DNA of 47,425 nt, from the IMG/VR virus record IMGVR_UViG_3300020414_001816, positions 1 to 47,425 of that record; one strand, written 5' to 3'. Each line of letters starts with the position of its first letter. Positions within the stretch are counted from its first letter, which is position 1. The DNA is from a virus. Lineage: Duplodnaviria; Caudoviricetes. The notes under the pieces are model-generated. The model had not been told where the DNA came from. It did not search any database and saw only the letters and a list, made by a program, of their open reading frames with translations. Of the stretch, positions 36,417-46,110 are shown one piece after another. A program made the position numbers and the translations under genes.

Positions 36417-36820
36417 TGCGTGACGATCTAATGGTTCAACAGCAAGTTGAAAACGTATGGCAACATATGGTAGGAGTTATTTGTTTAAATTGTACAAATA
36501 GAAAACAAGTAAAACGTGTATTACCTCCATTATTTGCAACTGCGCCAACTCCTGTTCATTTCTTAAACACACCGGAAAAAACAATTAAAACTATAATCGA
36601 AAGTCTCGGTATGGTAAACGTAAGATATAAGCGTTTGAAAAGAATGAGTAAAGAGTTCTTGACTTGGGACGGAAATGATGCTACAATGTTATATGGAATT
36701 GGGAAATACGGCAGTGACAGCTACAGATTATTTTACAAAAACGAAGTACCTGACAATGTTGGTGACCACGAATTGAAACGATATGTAGAAGAAGAGTTTT
36801 ATGACTTACATACTAATTGA
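36416..36820 (+). CDS. MBD4-like HhH DNA glycosylase
   Basis: W......ICLN.T, LGM...R, LYGIGKYGSDSYRLF, DHELKRY match the MBD4 catalytic-domain pattern. Confidence 0.82.
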   Translation: MRDDLMVQQQVENVWQHMVGVICLNCTNRKQVKRVLPPLFATAPTPVHFLNTPEKTIKTIIESLGMVNVRYKRLKRMSKEFLTWDGNDATMLYGIGKYGSDSYRLFYKNEVPDNVGDHELKRYVEEEFYDLHTN

Positions 36821-37781
36821 TACAGCAAATACTTTCTTTAGAGCTAGACACGTGGTACGTGGTGATATTGATACTAAAGTAGGTATGGCAATGCACATTA
36901 CACTTAACAGTATTAAGAAAGCGTGGCAGGACTTTAATGGTTCGCACGTTGTTTTTTGTTTAGAAGGACGTAGTTGGCGTAAAGATTATTATGAGCCTTA
37001 CAAGCGTAATCGCAAAGAACATCGTGATGCTATGAGCCCACGTGAGGCAGAAGAAGATAAAATCTTTTGGGAAATATTTGACGAGTTCAAAGAGTTTGTT
37101 ACAGATAAAACTAATTGCACAGTTTTACATAATCCTGTGTTAGAAGCAGATGATCTTATAGCAGGTTGGGTGCAAGCACATCCAAATGATGAACACGTAA
37201 TTGTTAGCACAGATGGCGACTTTGCACAACTTATTGCACCCAATGTGCGCCAATATAACGGTGTACAAAATGTTACAATTACACACGAAGGTTACTTTGA
37301 TGACAAAGGCAAACCTGTAATAGACAAGAAAACTAAGGAGCCTAAGGCTGCTCCAGAACCTGCTTTTATGTTGTTTGAGAAATGTATGCGTGGAGACACT
37401 AGTGATAATGTGTTCTCTGCTTATCCAGGTGTACGTAAAAAAGGTACTAAGAACAAAGTCGGCTTACTAGAAGCATTTGCAGATAAAGAAACTAAAGGCT
37501 TTAACTGGAATAATATGATGTTACAACGTTGGGTAGACCACGAAGGTGTAGAGCATCGTGTACTAGATGATTACACAAGAAATGTAACATTATGCGATTT
37601 GACTGCACAACCTGATGATATAAAACAAGAAATAAATAAAACTATCCAATCAGCAGACAGTAAAAATGTAAGCCAAGTTGGTATGAGACTTATGAAGTTT
37701 TGTGCTAAGTGGGATTTACAGCGTATTGCAGATAATGCGGCACAATATGCAGAACCATTACAAGCGAGGTATTATATATGA
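36801..37781 (+). CDS. rnh: T4 RNase H-like 5'-3' exonuclease (FEN family)
   Basis: LIDTAN, SWRK..Y..YK.NR, EADD, STDGDF.QL, GDTSDN. Confidence 0.9.
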   Translation: MTYILIDTANTFFRARHVVRGDIDTKVGMAMHITLNSIKKAWQDFNGSHVVFCLEGRSWRKDYYEPYKRNRKEHRDAMSPREAEEDKIFWEIFDEFKEFVTDKTNCTVLHNPVLEADDLIAGWVQAHPNDEHVIVSTDGDFAQLIAPNVRQYNGVQNVTITHEGYFDDKGKPVIDKKTKEPKAAPEPAFMLFEKCMRGDTSDNVFSAYPGVRKKGTKNKVGLLEAFADKETKGFNWNNMMLQRWVDHEGVEHRVLDDYTRNVTLCDLTAQPDDIKQEINKTIQSADSKNVSQVGMRLMKFCAKWDLQRIADNAAQYAEPLQARYYI

Positions 37782-38257
37782 CGGTTAAAGCAAAACCTAT
37801 TTTAGATGGTAAATTTTGGATTGTTGAAGATGCAGGTGTACGTGTTGGTACTCTAGCAAAAGATGAAGAAGGCTTTGTAGTTAGTGCAAAAGGCAAAATT
37901 GATTTTTATAAAAGTGAAAATGCACTAAAAAGAAAATTAGGTAAAGATCTTTTCGTTGCTAAGATTCCTACAGAAGATAACACAGATAAAGAAGTACACG
38001 GTTATCCAACACGATCACTGCCTTTTAACAGTATGTATGATTTGCAAAGTAAATTGCCTTTGTTTACCAAAAGTAGAAAAAGTAAAAGTTTATATTGTGC
38101 TGGATATTATCTAGTAAGATTTAACATTAATTGGCTTAAAAGTTATTGTCCAAAATTAATTACTTTACAAAGAAATGAATATATGGGTCCATTTAAAACA
38201 GAAATAGAAATGAAAGCAGCCTTAAGTAATGTCAATAGAGCCTCTAAACACCAGTAG
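37778..38257 (+). CDS. Hypothetical phage protein
   Basis: GAGG SD; ATGA coupling. Confidence 0.8.
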   Translation: MTVKAKPILDGKFWIVEDAGVRVGTLAKDEEGFVVSAKGKIDFYKSENALKRKLGKDLFVAKIPTEDNTDKEVHGYPTRSLPFNSMYDLQSKLPLFTKSRKSKSLYCAGYYLVRFNINWLKSYCPKLITLQRNEYMGPFKTEIEMKAALSNVNRASKHQ

Positions 38258-38471
38258 TATACAACAATTTATACAACAAGTAAAATCTGCAGAATCGAGT
38301 AGAGCAAGAGAGTTACGTATAGATATTAATCAAGCAAAAAATCTTGCATTTACATTAGGAATAGTAATGGCAAGATTAAATGGTGATTTAGAAAAATTTG
38401 TAAAAGAAAATGCAGGCGGAGATATAAGCGATATTGAAGTAGTTATTGGTGCAGATTCAGATTGGAAATGA
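38229..38471 (+). CDS. Hypothetical protein
   Basis: Overlapping operon ORF. Confidence 0.7.
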   Translation: MSIEPLNTSSIQQFIQQVKSAESSRARELRIDINQAKNLAFTLGIVMARLNGDLEKFVKENAGGDISDIEVVIGADSDWK

Positions 38472-38494
38472 GTAAAACTATAGTTTAAAAAGGA

Positions 38495-38500
38495 TAAATA
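38495..38500 (+). promoter_or_regulatory. TAAATA late-promoter-like box
   Basis: Intergenic GATAAATA before GGAGG and ATG 38527. Confidence 0.55.
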
Positions 38501-38526
38501 TATGCGTATATAACTAGGAGGCGCAT

Positions 38527-38811
38527 ATGAGCAGACCCAAGCCAAATGTATTATTAGAGTTTACAAATAGTGTTACATACAAATGTGAGCAGGTTTTAGA
38601 AGCAGATGCAATATGGGCTGTCTTTTATAAAAATAAACCTTTTAATTTAAAAAGCAGTAATTCTTTAACTAACTATCCTGGCCCAAAATATAAAAAAACA
38701 AGTTTTTCAAATCCAGGTCACGCATTTAATCTATCAAAAAAATTAAATGAAATGTTCAAAACAGATGAATTTACAGTAGTAAAACTAGTCGAAGGTGAAC
38801 AAATTGATTAA
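38527..38811 (+). CDS. Hypothetical phage protein
   Basis: GGAGG SD; MSRPKP...KYKKTSFSNPGHA. Confidence 0.8.
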   Translation: MSRPKPNVLLEFTNSVTYKCEQVLEADAIWAVFYKNKPFNLKSSNSLTNYPGPKYKKTSFSNPGHAFNLSKKLNEMFKTDEFTVVKLVEGEQID

Positions 38812-39194
38812 TGTCTAATAAAATTACATACACTAAAATTTTTCTAAAAGAATTAGGAAAAACATACAACGATATCTCAGTACAAGAACACTTACATATT
38901 TGGTGGTATAATACTAGAAACAAAGATGTTGGAGGGTTACGTTTAACAGATGAAGGATATGAAGCAATCCAAGAAATGGGACTGACAACATATGATATTC
39001 CATATCCACGAGAAATGCCTTTAACAACACAAATTATAATATTTTTAGATAAGTTTATTGATTGTCCATATTATTTAACAAATAGAAGCATAACGGTTAC
39101 AAATGAAAAGAAAGCAGTTGAATTAACACTGTTTAGTGGTGATTTAAGAAAATATGGCTTAACAAAAGCAATGAAAAGACAAAATGAGAATTGA
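38811..39194 (+). CDS. Hypothetical phage protein
   Basis: TAATG coupling; GLRLT..G, CPYY. Confidence 0.78.
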   Translation: MSNKITYTKIFLKELGKTYNDISVQEHLHIWWYNTRNKDVGGLRLTDEGYEAIQEMGLTTYDIPYPREMPLTTQIIIFLDKFIDCPYYLTNRSITVTNEKKAVELTLFSGDLRKYGLTKAMKRQNEN

Positions 39195-39414
39195 TTTACA
39201 CGGATCACATATACACGAAGGTTGGCGTAAATTTAAAAAATCCGTTGATCAAGCATATTATTCCGGACATAGACAATGTATTGTAATTACTGGTCAAGGT
39301 GCTATGATGCGAGAATTTCCTACTTGGGCAAATAACCATCCATTTGTAAGAGAGTGCAAACAACAAAAATATAATCCAGGAAGTTTTTTAATAAAATTAA
39401 AGAAAAAAGGTTGA
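39184..39414 (+). CDS. Stand-alone Smr-domain protein
   Basis: IDLHG, VITGQG, NPGSF. Confidence 0.82.
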   Translation: MRIDLHGSHIHEGWRKFKKSVDQAYYSGHRQCIVITGQGAMMREFPTWANNHPFVRECKQQKYNPGSFLIKLKKKG

Positions 39415-39439
39415 CCTTTATGTAAAGATGTCTTATATT
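39411..39439 (+). promoter_or_regulatory. Sigma70-type promoter
   Basis: AAAAAAGG-TTGACC-N17-TATATT. Confidence 0.65.
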
Positions 39440-39475
39440 ATATGTATAGGGCAATAAAGCAAAGAGGGCTTTCAA

Positions 39476-39871
39476 ATGTTTACATACTGTGAAGATACTA
39501 TTTCAGACTTACACAAGGAAGTGTATGGTGTCCGTCCACGTGAAGCTTTTTACGCAGACTGGAATAACTGCACTCCTGCTGAAAAGCAGAAAACTTGGGA
39601 CGAGTACTGCAAAACTCTTGAACAGCAAATGGCTGAGGAGAAAATCCGCGAAGCAGCTTGTGTTGCACGATTTGAAGATCGTGTCCAAGATGTAATTAAA
39701 CTTGGTGCTGGCGATCGTGAAACAGCACTTCGTTGGATTGCACAACAGGAAACTTTTTATCATATTCAAGATGTTGAGCATTTTGTTTGGGAGCAAGGTA
39801 TCTTGTTCACAGATTATGGTAAGGCTCTTGTAGAAGAGCTTGCCGCCAATGTCGAATATAAAGATATATAA
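39476..39871 (+). CDS. Hypothetical protein
   Basis: GAGG SD; SDLHKEVYGVRPR motif. Confidence 0.8.
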   Translation: MFTYCEDTISDLHKEVYGVRPREAFYADWNNCTPAEKQKTWDEYCKTLEQQMAEEKIREAACVARFEDRVQDVIKLGAGDRETALRWIAQQETFYHIQDVEHFVWEQGILFTDYGKALVEELAANVEYKDI

Positions 39872-39876
39872 AAAGG

Positions 39877-39905
39877 TTGACAACGCAACTATTAAATGTT
39901 AATGT
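39877..39905 (+). promoter_or_regulatory. Sigma70-type promoter
   Basis: AAAAGG-TTGACA-N17-TAATGT with TGn extension. Confidence 0.65.
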
Positions 39906-39944
39906 AACGTATAAGCACTGATACAAACAATAAGGAAATACAAA

Positions 39945-41033
39945 ATGGATACAATGACAAGACAAGTTAGTCCGAACCGAGCTAAGAAAAGCATTTATCG
40001 GGCATTTCAAAAGAAGAGACCTGTGTTTTTATGGGGTCCTCCAGGTATTGGTAAGTCTGATATTATCAAGCAGATTACTGATAGTATGAAAAACAGCCAT
40101 CTAATTGATATTAGACTATCGCTGTGGGAACCAACAGACATCAAAGGTATTCCGTACTTTGATGCTAACCAAGGTAAAATGGTGTGGGGCGCACCTAGCG
40201 AATTGCCAGACGAAGAATTCGCAAAAGCATATGATAACATTGTTGTATTCTTTGACGAAATGAACTCAGCACCTCCAGCTGTACAAGCGGCGGCATATCA
40301 GCTGATTCTAAATCGTCGAGTAGGACAATACAAATTACCAGACAACGTTATTATCGTTGCGGCTGGTAACCGCGAAGCAGACAAAGGTGTTACGTATCGT
40401 ATGCCTGCTCCGCTTGCAAATCGCTTTATACACTTAGAACTTGCTGTTAATTTTGACGACTGGTTTGAGTGGGCAGTTGACAACACGCAACACAAAGACG
40501 TTGTTGGCTATTTGCAATTTGCTAAACAGGATCTTTATGATTTTGATCCTAAATCGCCAAGTCGTTCTTTTGCAACACCACGTAGTTGGTCGTTTGTTTC
40601 TGAACTACTAGACGAAGATGATTCAGATGAATCTTCTACTACAGACCTTGTTGCTGGTGCAGTAGGTGAAGGTTTAGCTGTAAAATTTATGGCTCATCGC
40701 AAGATTGCGGGAAGTATGCCTAATCCAAGTGATATTTTGGATGGCAAGGTAAAAGAGATAAAAACACAGGAAGTCAGTGCAATGTATTCCTTAACTGTGT
40801 CTCTTTGCTACGAGCTTAAAGAAGCAAGCGATGCAAACGACAAGAAGTTTGATAACAAAGTTAACAACTTTTTAAGGTTTGCAATGGATAATTTCGAGAC
40901 TGAATTAGTTGTAATGGGTATAAAACTTGCTCTTACACAATACAATCTTCCAATTGATCCAGATGAAGTTGCTTGCTTTGATGAGTTTCACTCGCGTTAC
41001 GGCAAGTATATCAAGGCTGCTCAAAACGCTTGA
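39945..41033 (+). CDS. MoxR-like AAA+ ATPase
   Basis: GPPGIGKS, FFDEMN, AAGN, PLANRF, TPRSW. Confidence 0.9.
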   Translation: MDTMTRQVSPNRAKKSIYRAFQKKRPVFLWGPPGIGKSDIIKQITDSMKNSHLIDIRLSLWEPTDIKGIPYFDANQGKMVWGAPSELPDEEFAKAYDNIVVFFDEMNSAPPAVQAAAYQLILNRRVGQYKLPDNVIIVAAGNREADKGVTYRMPAPLANRFIHLELAVNFDDWFEWAVDNTQHKDVVGYLQFAKQDLYDFDPKSPSRSFATPRSWSFVSELLDEDDSDESSTTDLVAGAVGEGLAVKFMAHRKIAGSMPNPSDILDGKVKEIKTQEVSAMYSLTVSLCYELKEASDANDKKFDNKVNNFLRFAMDNFETELVVMGIKLALTQYNLPIDPDEVACFDEFHSRYGKYIKAAQNA

Positions 41034-41042
41034 GCCAATAAC

Positions 41043-41078
41043 TAGTGGGCAGTATTCGTACTGTCCACTATTCTATTT
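41043..41078 (+). terminator. Intrinsic terminator
   Basis: 12-bp stem TAGTGGGCAGTA/TACTGTCCACTA (one G-U), TTCG loop, TTCTATTT tail. Confidence 0.8.
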
Positions 41079-41083
41079 AAAGG

Positions 41084-41112
41084 TTGACAATCATATTAAA
41101 TAATGTTATAAC
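41084..41112 (+). promoter_or_regulatory. Sigma70-type promoter with embedded TAAATA
   Basis: AAAGG-TTGACA-N17-TATAAC, TGn, TAAATA at 41097-41102. Confidence 0.7.
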
Positions 41113-41136
41113 TATTACAGCACTGATAAAAAGAGG

Positions 41137-42465
41137 ATGATTATGTTAGATTTTATGCCGCAATATGTAGCTATGAAAATGTCTACAGAAAAAACCGCAA
41201 GCAAGTTAAAAAATTGGGAACCAGATCCTAATATTACACCCGAAGCATTAGAAGAAATGCAAAAGGTTGTACTAGATAGAATTATTACTGCAAGAGTTGG
41301 GTTGCTATTAAGGCATCCTTTTTTCGGTAATATGGCAACACGTTTACGAATTGTTGCGGCTGACGATACTATTCCTACTGCGGCAGTAGATGGTAAAAAC
41401 TTATACTTCAATACACAATTTTTTAACGCAATGGATAACAAAGAAATAGAATTTGTTATTGCACACGAAATTTTACATATGGTATTTGATCATCTTACAA
41501 GACGTGAAGATCGAAATCCTTATCTTTACAATGTTGCTTGTGATTACATTGTTAACAATATTCTAGTTAGAGATAGAATTGGTATGAAGCCAAAGTTAGT
41601 AGAATGCTTCCAAGACTTCAAATACTTGGATTGGACAAGTGAAGAAGTATATGACCAATTGTACCAAGATGCAGAAAAAATTGATATTGAACAATTAGGT
41701 GAAATGTTAGATGAGCATTTTGAGTGGGGCGAAGGACCAGCAAGTAACGGTGAAGGCAACGATGATGGTAAAGGTAAAGGCAAGGGGCAAACATTATCTG
41801 AAAGCGAAAAGCAAAAAATTAAAGACGAAATAAAAGAAGCAGTAATGGCAGCCGCACAGGCAGCAGGTGCTGGTAATACTCCAGCTGAAATTACACGTAT
41901 GATTAAAGAACTTACTGAGCCTAAAATGAACTGGCGTCAGTTACTTCGTCAGCAGATTCAAAGCACAATTAAAAGTGATTACACTTTTGTAAGACCAAAT
42001 CGTAAAGGTTGGCAAAGTGGTGCAATACTTCCAGGTATGAACTTTGAAGAAACTATTGATCTTTGTATTAGTATTGATATGTCAGGTAGTATCGGTGATA
42101 AGCAAGCTAAAGACTTCTTAAGTGAAGTTAAAGGTATTATGGACGAATACAAAGATTACAAAATCACAATATGGTGTTTTGATACTAAAGTATATAATGA
42201 AGATACATTTACATCAGATGACGGCAATGATATTAGTGACTATGAGGTTATCGGTGGCGGTGGCACAGATTTTGAGGTAAATTGGACATATATGAAAAAA
42301 GAAGGTATTGAACCTAAGAAATTTATTATGTTTACAGATGGTTATGCTTGGGATAGTTGGGGAGATCCAAATTACTGTGATACATTATTTGTTATTCATA
42401 GCCATCACGATAAAAATTTGGAAGGTCCTTTTGGTATGTCTGTACATTATGAGGAGGCTGCGTGA
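41137..42465 (+). CDS. Metallopeptidase plus VWA-like protein (DUF2201 type), MoxR partner
   Basis: HEILH; IDMSGS MIDAS, GGGTDF, FTDG. Confidence 0.88.
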   Translation: MIMLDFMPQYVAMKMSTEKTASKLKNWEPDPNITPEALEEMQKVVLDRIITARVGLLLRHPFFGNMATRLRIVAADDTIPTAAVDGKNLYFNTQFFNAMDNKEIEFVIAHEILHMVFDHLTRREDRNPYLYNVACDYIVNNILVRDRIGMKPKLVECFQDFKYLDWTSEEVYDQLYQDAEKIDIEQLGEMLDEHFEWGEGPASNGEGNDDGKGKGKGQTLSESEKQKIKDEIKEAVMAAAQAAGAGNTPAEITRMIKELTEPKMNWRQLLRQQIQSTIKSDYTFVRPNRKGWQSGAILPGMNFEETIDLCISIDMSGSIGDKQAKDFLSEVKGIMDEYKDYKITIWCFDTKVYNEDTFTSDDGNDISDYEVIGGGGTDFEVNWTYMKKEGIEPKKFIMFTDGYAWDSWGDPNYCDTLFVIHSHHDKNLEGPFGMSVHYEEAA

Positions 42466-42737
42466 AGCTAAAAACCAATCCACTAGATGTTTTAGGTATA
42501 AGGAGGGTAAACTTTTGCCCTCCTACTTTCGAGACTGTTGACTTGGAAAAAACCTATAACATAGAAGCAGTACTTTCTGATTGGATTGAAGATAATCTAA
42601 CAGGAAGATACTTTCTAGGAGAAAACGTATCTATACAAAACGATACAATTTCAAGTGTTACAACAGTTGGATTTGAATTATCCAAAGAGATGAGCTTTTT
42701 TATGTTAGCTTGTCCACATTTGAAGTATACAAGATAG
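42462..42737 (+). CDS. Hypothetical protein
   Basis: GAGGAGG SD, GTGA coupling. Confidence 0.75.
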   Translation: MKLKTNPLDVLGIRRVNFCPPTFETVDLEKTYNIEAVLSDWIEDNLTGRYFLGENVSIQNDTISSVTTVGFELSKEMSFFMLACPHLKYTR

Positions 42738-42774
42738 TCAAGAAAATATATATTATACAAGGAGTAAAAGAGTA

Positions 42775-43044
42775 ATGACTGAACAAACACAACCAGATCC
42801 AAATGAACTAAACATTCAAGATCTAGCATTAGCAAGAGCTGTAATTGAGCTCTCTACTGAACGAGGAACATTCAAAGCAAATGAGCTCGCAAATGTCGGA
42901 GCTCTTTATAATAAGCTTGATGGTTTCTTGAAAGCTGTTGAAGAACAAGCAAAACAAGCCAAAGAAGCGGCAGAATCTGCAGAGGCAGCGGCTGCGGCAA
43001 CACCACCACCGGCGCCAGCAACGGAGGCAGAAGATGGCTCTTAA
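42775..43044 (+). CDS. Hypothetical protein
   Basis: AGGAG SD; L.IQDL......I.....RG.F...E...VG.LYNKL. Confidence 0.78.
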   Translation: MTEQTQPDPNELNIQDLALARAVIELSTERGTFKANELANVGALYNKLDGFLKAVEEQAKQAKEAAESAEAAAAATPPPAPATEAEDGS

Positions 43045-43639
43045 ACACGTAGGAAGAATTAAGGCTAACAAGCGAAAAGTTATAGTAGCTTATAGAGTCG
43101 TACCAGGTGAACCAAATAATTGTTTGGTTTGTCAAACTGAAAATTTAAGTGCTGAAGAGCACGATGCTCTTATTCAAGCAGTTGAATCAGCTGCCGGACA
43201 AGAAGCATATGAATTTGGTGAAGCAATGGCAAGAGCTATGTTACCAGACGGTAGAAATATGTTAGCAGGATTTCATACTACAGGTAAACTTAGAAAAGTT
43301 GAAACCAGTATGGTTGAAATGACGCCAACTAATGCTGATGCAATATCTTTAGACGACTTAAATAAAATTATTGCAGAACAAAAAGGTGTTACAGTAGCAG
43401 ATTTAGCCTTAAAAGGTCCAGATGGTGAAACTGTACCCGAAAACAACGAAACTGTTGATCCATCTACAGTATATACTGAAGAAGTTTCTTCTGAAGGAAC
43501 ACTAAGTAACGAAGACTTAGCGGCACAATACAGATCACAAGCTGATGCACTTTTTAAAGAAGCAAAAGCACTTAGAGAGCAAGCAGAAGAACTTGTTCCT
43601 ACAAAACGTAAAGCCGCAAAGAAAACTGAAAGTGCCTAA
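43034..43639 (+). CDS. Hypothetical phage protein
   Basis: GGAGG SD before MALKHVGR. Confidence 0.8.
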   Translation: MALKHVGRIKANKRKVIVAYRVVPGEPNNCLVCQTENLSAEEHDALIQAVESAAGQEAYEFGEAMARAMLPDGRNMLAGFHTTGKLRKVETSMVEMTPTNADAISLDDLNKIIAEQKGVTVADLALKGPDGETVPENNETVDPSTVYTEEVSSEGTLSNEDLAAQYRSQADALFKEAKALREQAEELVPTKRKAAKKTESA

Positions 43640-43925
43640 AGAGAATATTGAGAATGACTATTGGGAGGAAATTTTAGATAATGTCGACTACGATTACCTC
43701 CCAATTGAATATGTATCCACAGTAATTGTAACCTTTCTTGACCAAAAAGTGTGGGAAATAGATGTCCACAATAAAAAGAATGAAGATGATCCAGCAGATA
43801 TAATTGCTACATTCTTAGACGAGTACAATGATAAAATAGATACAGTGGATTTTAGATTAGATACTAAACGCCTTCAAAAAGATGTCACTAAACGCACAAA
43901 GCGATTTCTTAAGCTTAACAAATAA
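43632..43925 (+). CDS. Hypothetical protein
   Basis: GTG start overlapping previous stop. Confidence 0.65.
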   Translation: MPKENIENDYWEEILDNVDYDYLPIEYVSTVIVTFLDQKVWEIDVHNKKNEDDPADIIATFLDEYNDKIDTVDFRLDTKRLQKDVTKRTKRFLKLNK

Positions 43926-43937
43926 TCCTAATTGTGA

Positions 43938-43943
43938 TAAATA
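43938..43943 (+). promoter_or_regulatory. TAAATA late-promoter-like box
   Basis: GATAAATAC before structural gene. Confidence 0.6.
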
Positions 43944-43974
43944 CATTAAAGTAATACTGTAGGAGAAGTTTCAT

Positions 43975-46101
43975 ATGGCTTTGAGAATTAAAAGAGGTAC
44001 TAATGCTGAGCGTTTGTCTTATACCCCAGAATTAGGTGAATTAATTTACGTTACAGACTATTCAGGTGCAAACGTAGGACCGCTTTGGGTAGGTGACGGA
44101 ACGACTGTTGGTGGTAATCAAGTATCATCAGGATCCGGCGGCGGCGGTGGCGGCGGCGATGTTGTAGACGATACAACTCCACAGTTAGGTGGCAACCTTG
44201 ATTTAAATAGCTATGATATAACTGGTACAGGTGATATTGATACTACAGGCAATATTAACGCAACCGGTAGTATTGATGTTAATTTGAATATCGATGCAGG
44301 TGGTTATGTAAATGCAACCACAATGGCTGCAAACTTATTCAATGGTACTTTTGATGGCGACATTACAGGTAGTGTTTTTAGTGATGATTCAACTGTATTG
44401 GTTGACGGTAATAACAATAGAATATTAGCACCAGTTTGGAACGGCGACAATCACGCAATGGTTGACACTGAACTGAATACTATGAAAAGTTCAAGATTAG
44501 AAATTGAAGATGCTACTGATCCTAAAATTTCTTTTACAGGACCTGTATCCAGTGGAAGCGGACACGATATAATTGCAAGTGCATCAAGAGGTACATTAGC
44601 TTCTCCATCAGTTTCACAAGCAGGCGATGGTGTTTTAGATCTTACTGCTAGAGGTTATGACGGTGATAGTTTTGAAAATACAGCAGTTGTCAAATTAGGT
44701 CCGGATAAGTATACCACTGCTATTGGTGATGGTATAGTGCCAGGAAGAATTGTATTTTTAACATATAATGAATCTGGTGCTACAGGTACAGACAATGCAA
44801 TGGTTTTTAACCGTTTTGGTTATTTAGGTATTAAAACTGATGCTCCAGCAAAAGCTCTAGATGTTAGAGGCGATGGTATATTTACAGGCAATGTGCAAGC
44901 TGCTTCTATGACAGGCACATTTGTAGCTGATGATTCAACAATTTTGGTTGATGGTGTATCAGGAAAAGTTAATCTAGCACCTAATACACTTTCTGATTTA
45001 GGAAATGTTACTATTGGTACTCCACAAGCAGGACAAGTTTTAAAATATAATGGTACTGCGTGGGTAAATGATGTAGACGTTGTAGGATCAGGTGGTTCTG
45101 GCGGAGGTATTGGCAACATTGGTGTTGGTGCAGACGATAGTGCCATTAGATTAATAAACAGCGGAGAAAGCTTCAAAATACTTGGTGCAGGAACTAACAG
45201 CACTTCAAGTGATGCAGAAGGTAATATTACAATTACAGGTGTAACAGAACTTTCAGGCGATACAACACCAGTACTTGGCGGCAATATGGAAACAGGAACT
45301 TACAACATCAAGTTTGGTGATGCTGCAAGTCCAGGTTCAGATGATACATTAATATTTGGTACTGGTAATGATTTACAGATTTATCACACAGGTTCAGCAA
45401 GTGTAATCAAAGATGCTGGTGACGGCGGATTACAAATTTTAACAAACTTACTAGAAGTTAAAAATGCTGCAAATGACGAAGTACAAATAGATGCTACAGA
45501 AGATGGTGGTGTTAGATTATATTACAATGGTAGTTCAAAATTACAAACAACTACTAATGGTATAACAATCACTGGCACACTTACAGGTGATGTTACAGGT
45601 AATGTAAGTGGTACAGCAGGAGCAGTTGCTTGGTCAGGAATAACTAGTAAACCAACTACACTAGCAGGATATGGCATTACTGATGCTGCAACAAGTGCCC
45701 AAGGTACTAAAGCAGATACAGCGTTACAACCAGCTGCGTTAGGTAACTATGATTTTACAGGATCAACTGTTGATACAAACGATTCAAGTGGTATCACTAT
45801 TATTCCAGCAGTTACAGTACAAAGCGATCTTACAGTTGAAAACAATTTAACAGTTACTAATGCTGTTATTGCAGACCGTTTTGAAAGTACAAGCACAGGC
45901 ACTCCAGAAATTACTGCGGCAACTAATCTTAACTTAACAGCGGGTAATGCAGTTGTAATAACTCAATCACCGGTAAGATTTGCATCATTTACAACAACTG
46001 AACGTGATGCACTAGCATCTGCTAACGGTGATATGATTTACAATACCACTACAAACAAATTCCAAGGATATGCAAACGGTGCTTGGGTAGACTTACACTA
46101 A
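43975..46101 (+). CDS. Tail fibre/virion structural protein
   Basis: MALRIKRGT...GEL start, G/T/S/D-rich, repeated DTTPxLGGN and (F/G)xDDS motifs, YNTTTNKFQGY..GAWV end. Confidence 0.8.
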   Translation: MALRIKRGTNAERLSYTPELGELIYVTDYSGANVGPLWVGDGTTVGGNQVSSGSGGGGGGGDVVDDTTPQLGGNLDLNSYDITGTGDIDTTGNINATGSIDVNLNIDAGGYVNATTMAANLFNGTFDGDITGSVFSDDSTVLVDGNNNRILAPVWNGDNHAMVDTELNTMKSSRLEIEDATDPKISFTGPVSSGSGHDIIASASRGTLASPSVSQAGDGVLDLTARGYDGDSFENTAVVKLGPDKYTTAIGDGIVPGRIVFLTYNESGATGTDNAMVFNRFGYLGIKTDAPAKALDVRGDGIFTGNVQAASMTGTFVADDSTILVDGVSGKVNLAPNTLSDLGNVTIGTPQAGQVLKYNGTAWVNDVDVVGSGGSGGGIGNIGVGADDSAIRLINSGESFKILGAGTNSTSSDAEGNITITGVTELSGDTTPVLGGNMETGTYNIKFGDAASPGSDDTLIFGTGNDLQIYHTGSASVIKDAGDGGLQILTNLLEVKNAANDEVQIDATEDGGVRLYYNGSSKLQTTTNGITITGTLTGDVTGNVSGTAGAVAWSGITSKPTTLAGYGITDAATSAQGTKADTALQPAALGNYDFTGSTVDTNDSSGITIIPAVTVQSDLTVENNLTVTNAVIADRFESTSTGTPEITAATNLNLTAGNAVVITQSPVRFASFTTTERDALASANGDMIYNTTTNKFQGYANGAWVDLH

Positions 46102-46110
46102 GGAGCCTAA

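Noticed and set aside
120-45284. Numerous minus-strand ORFs of 60-154 aa in the track
   Set aside because: Antisense shadows of well-supported + strand genes with no recognisable motifs; only phoH is credible
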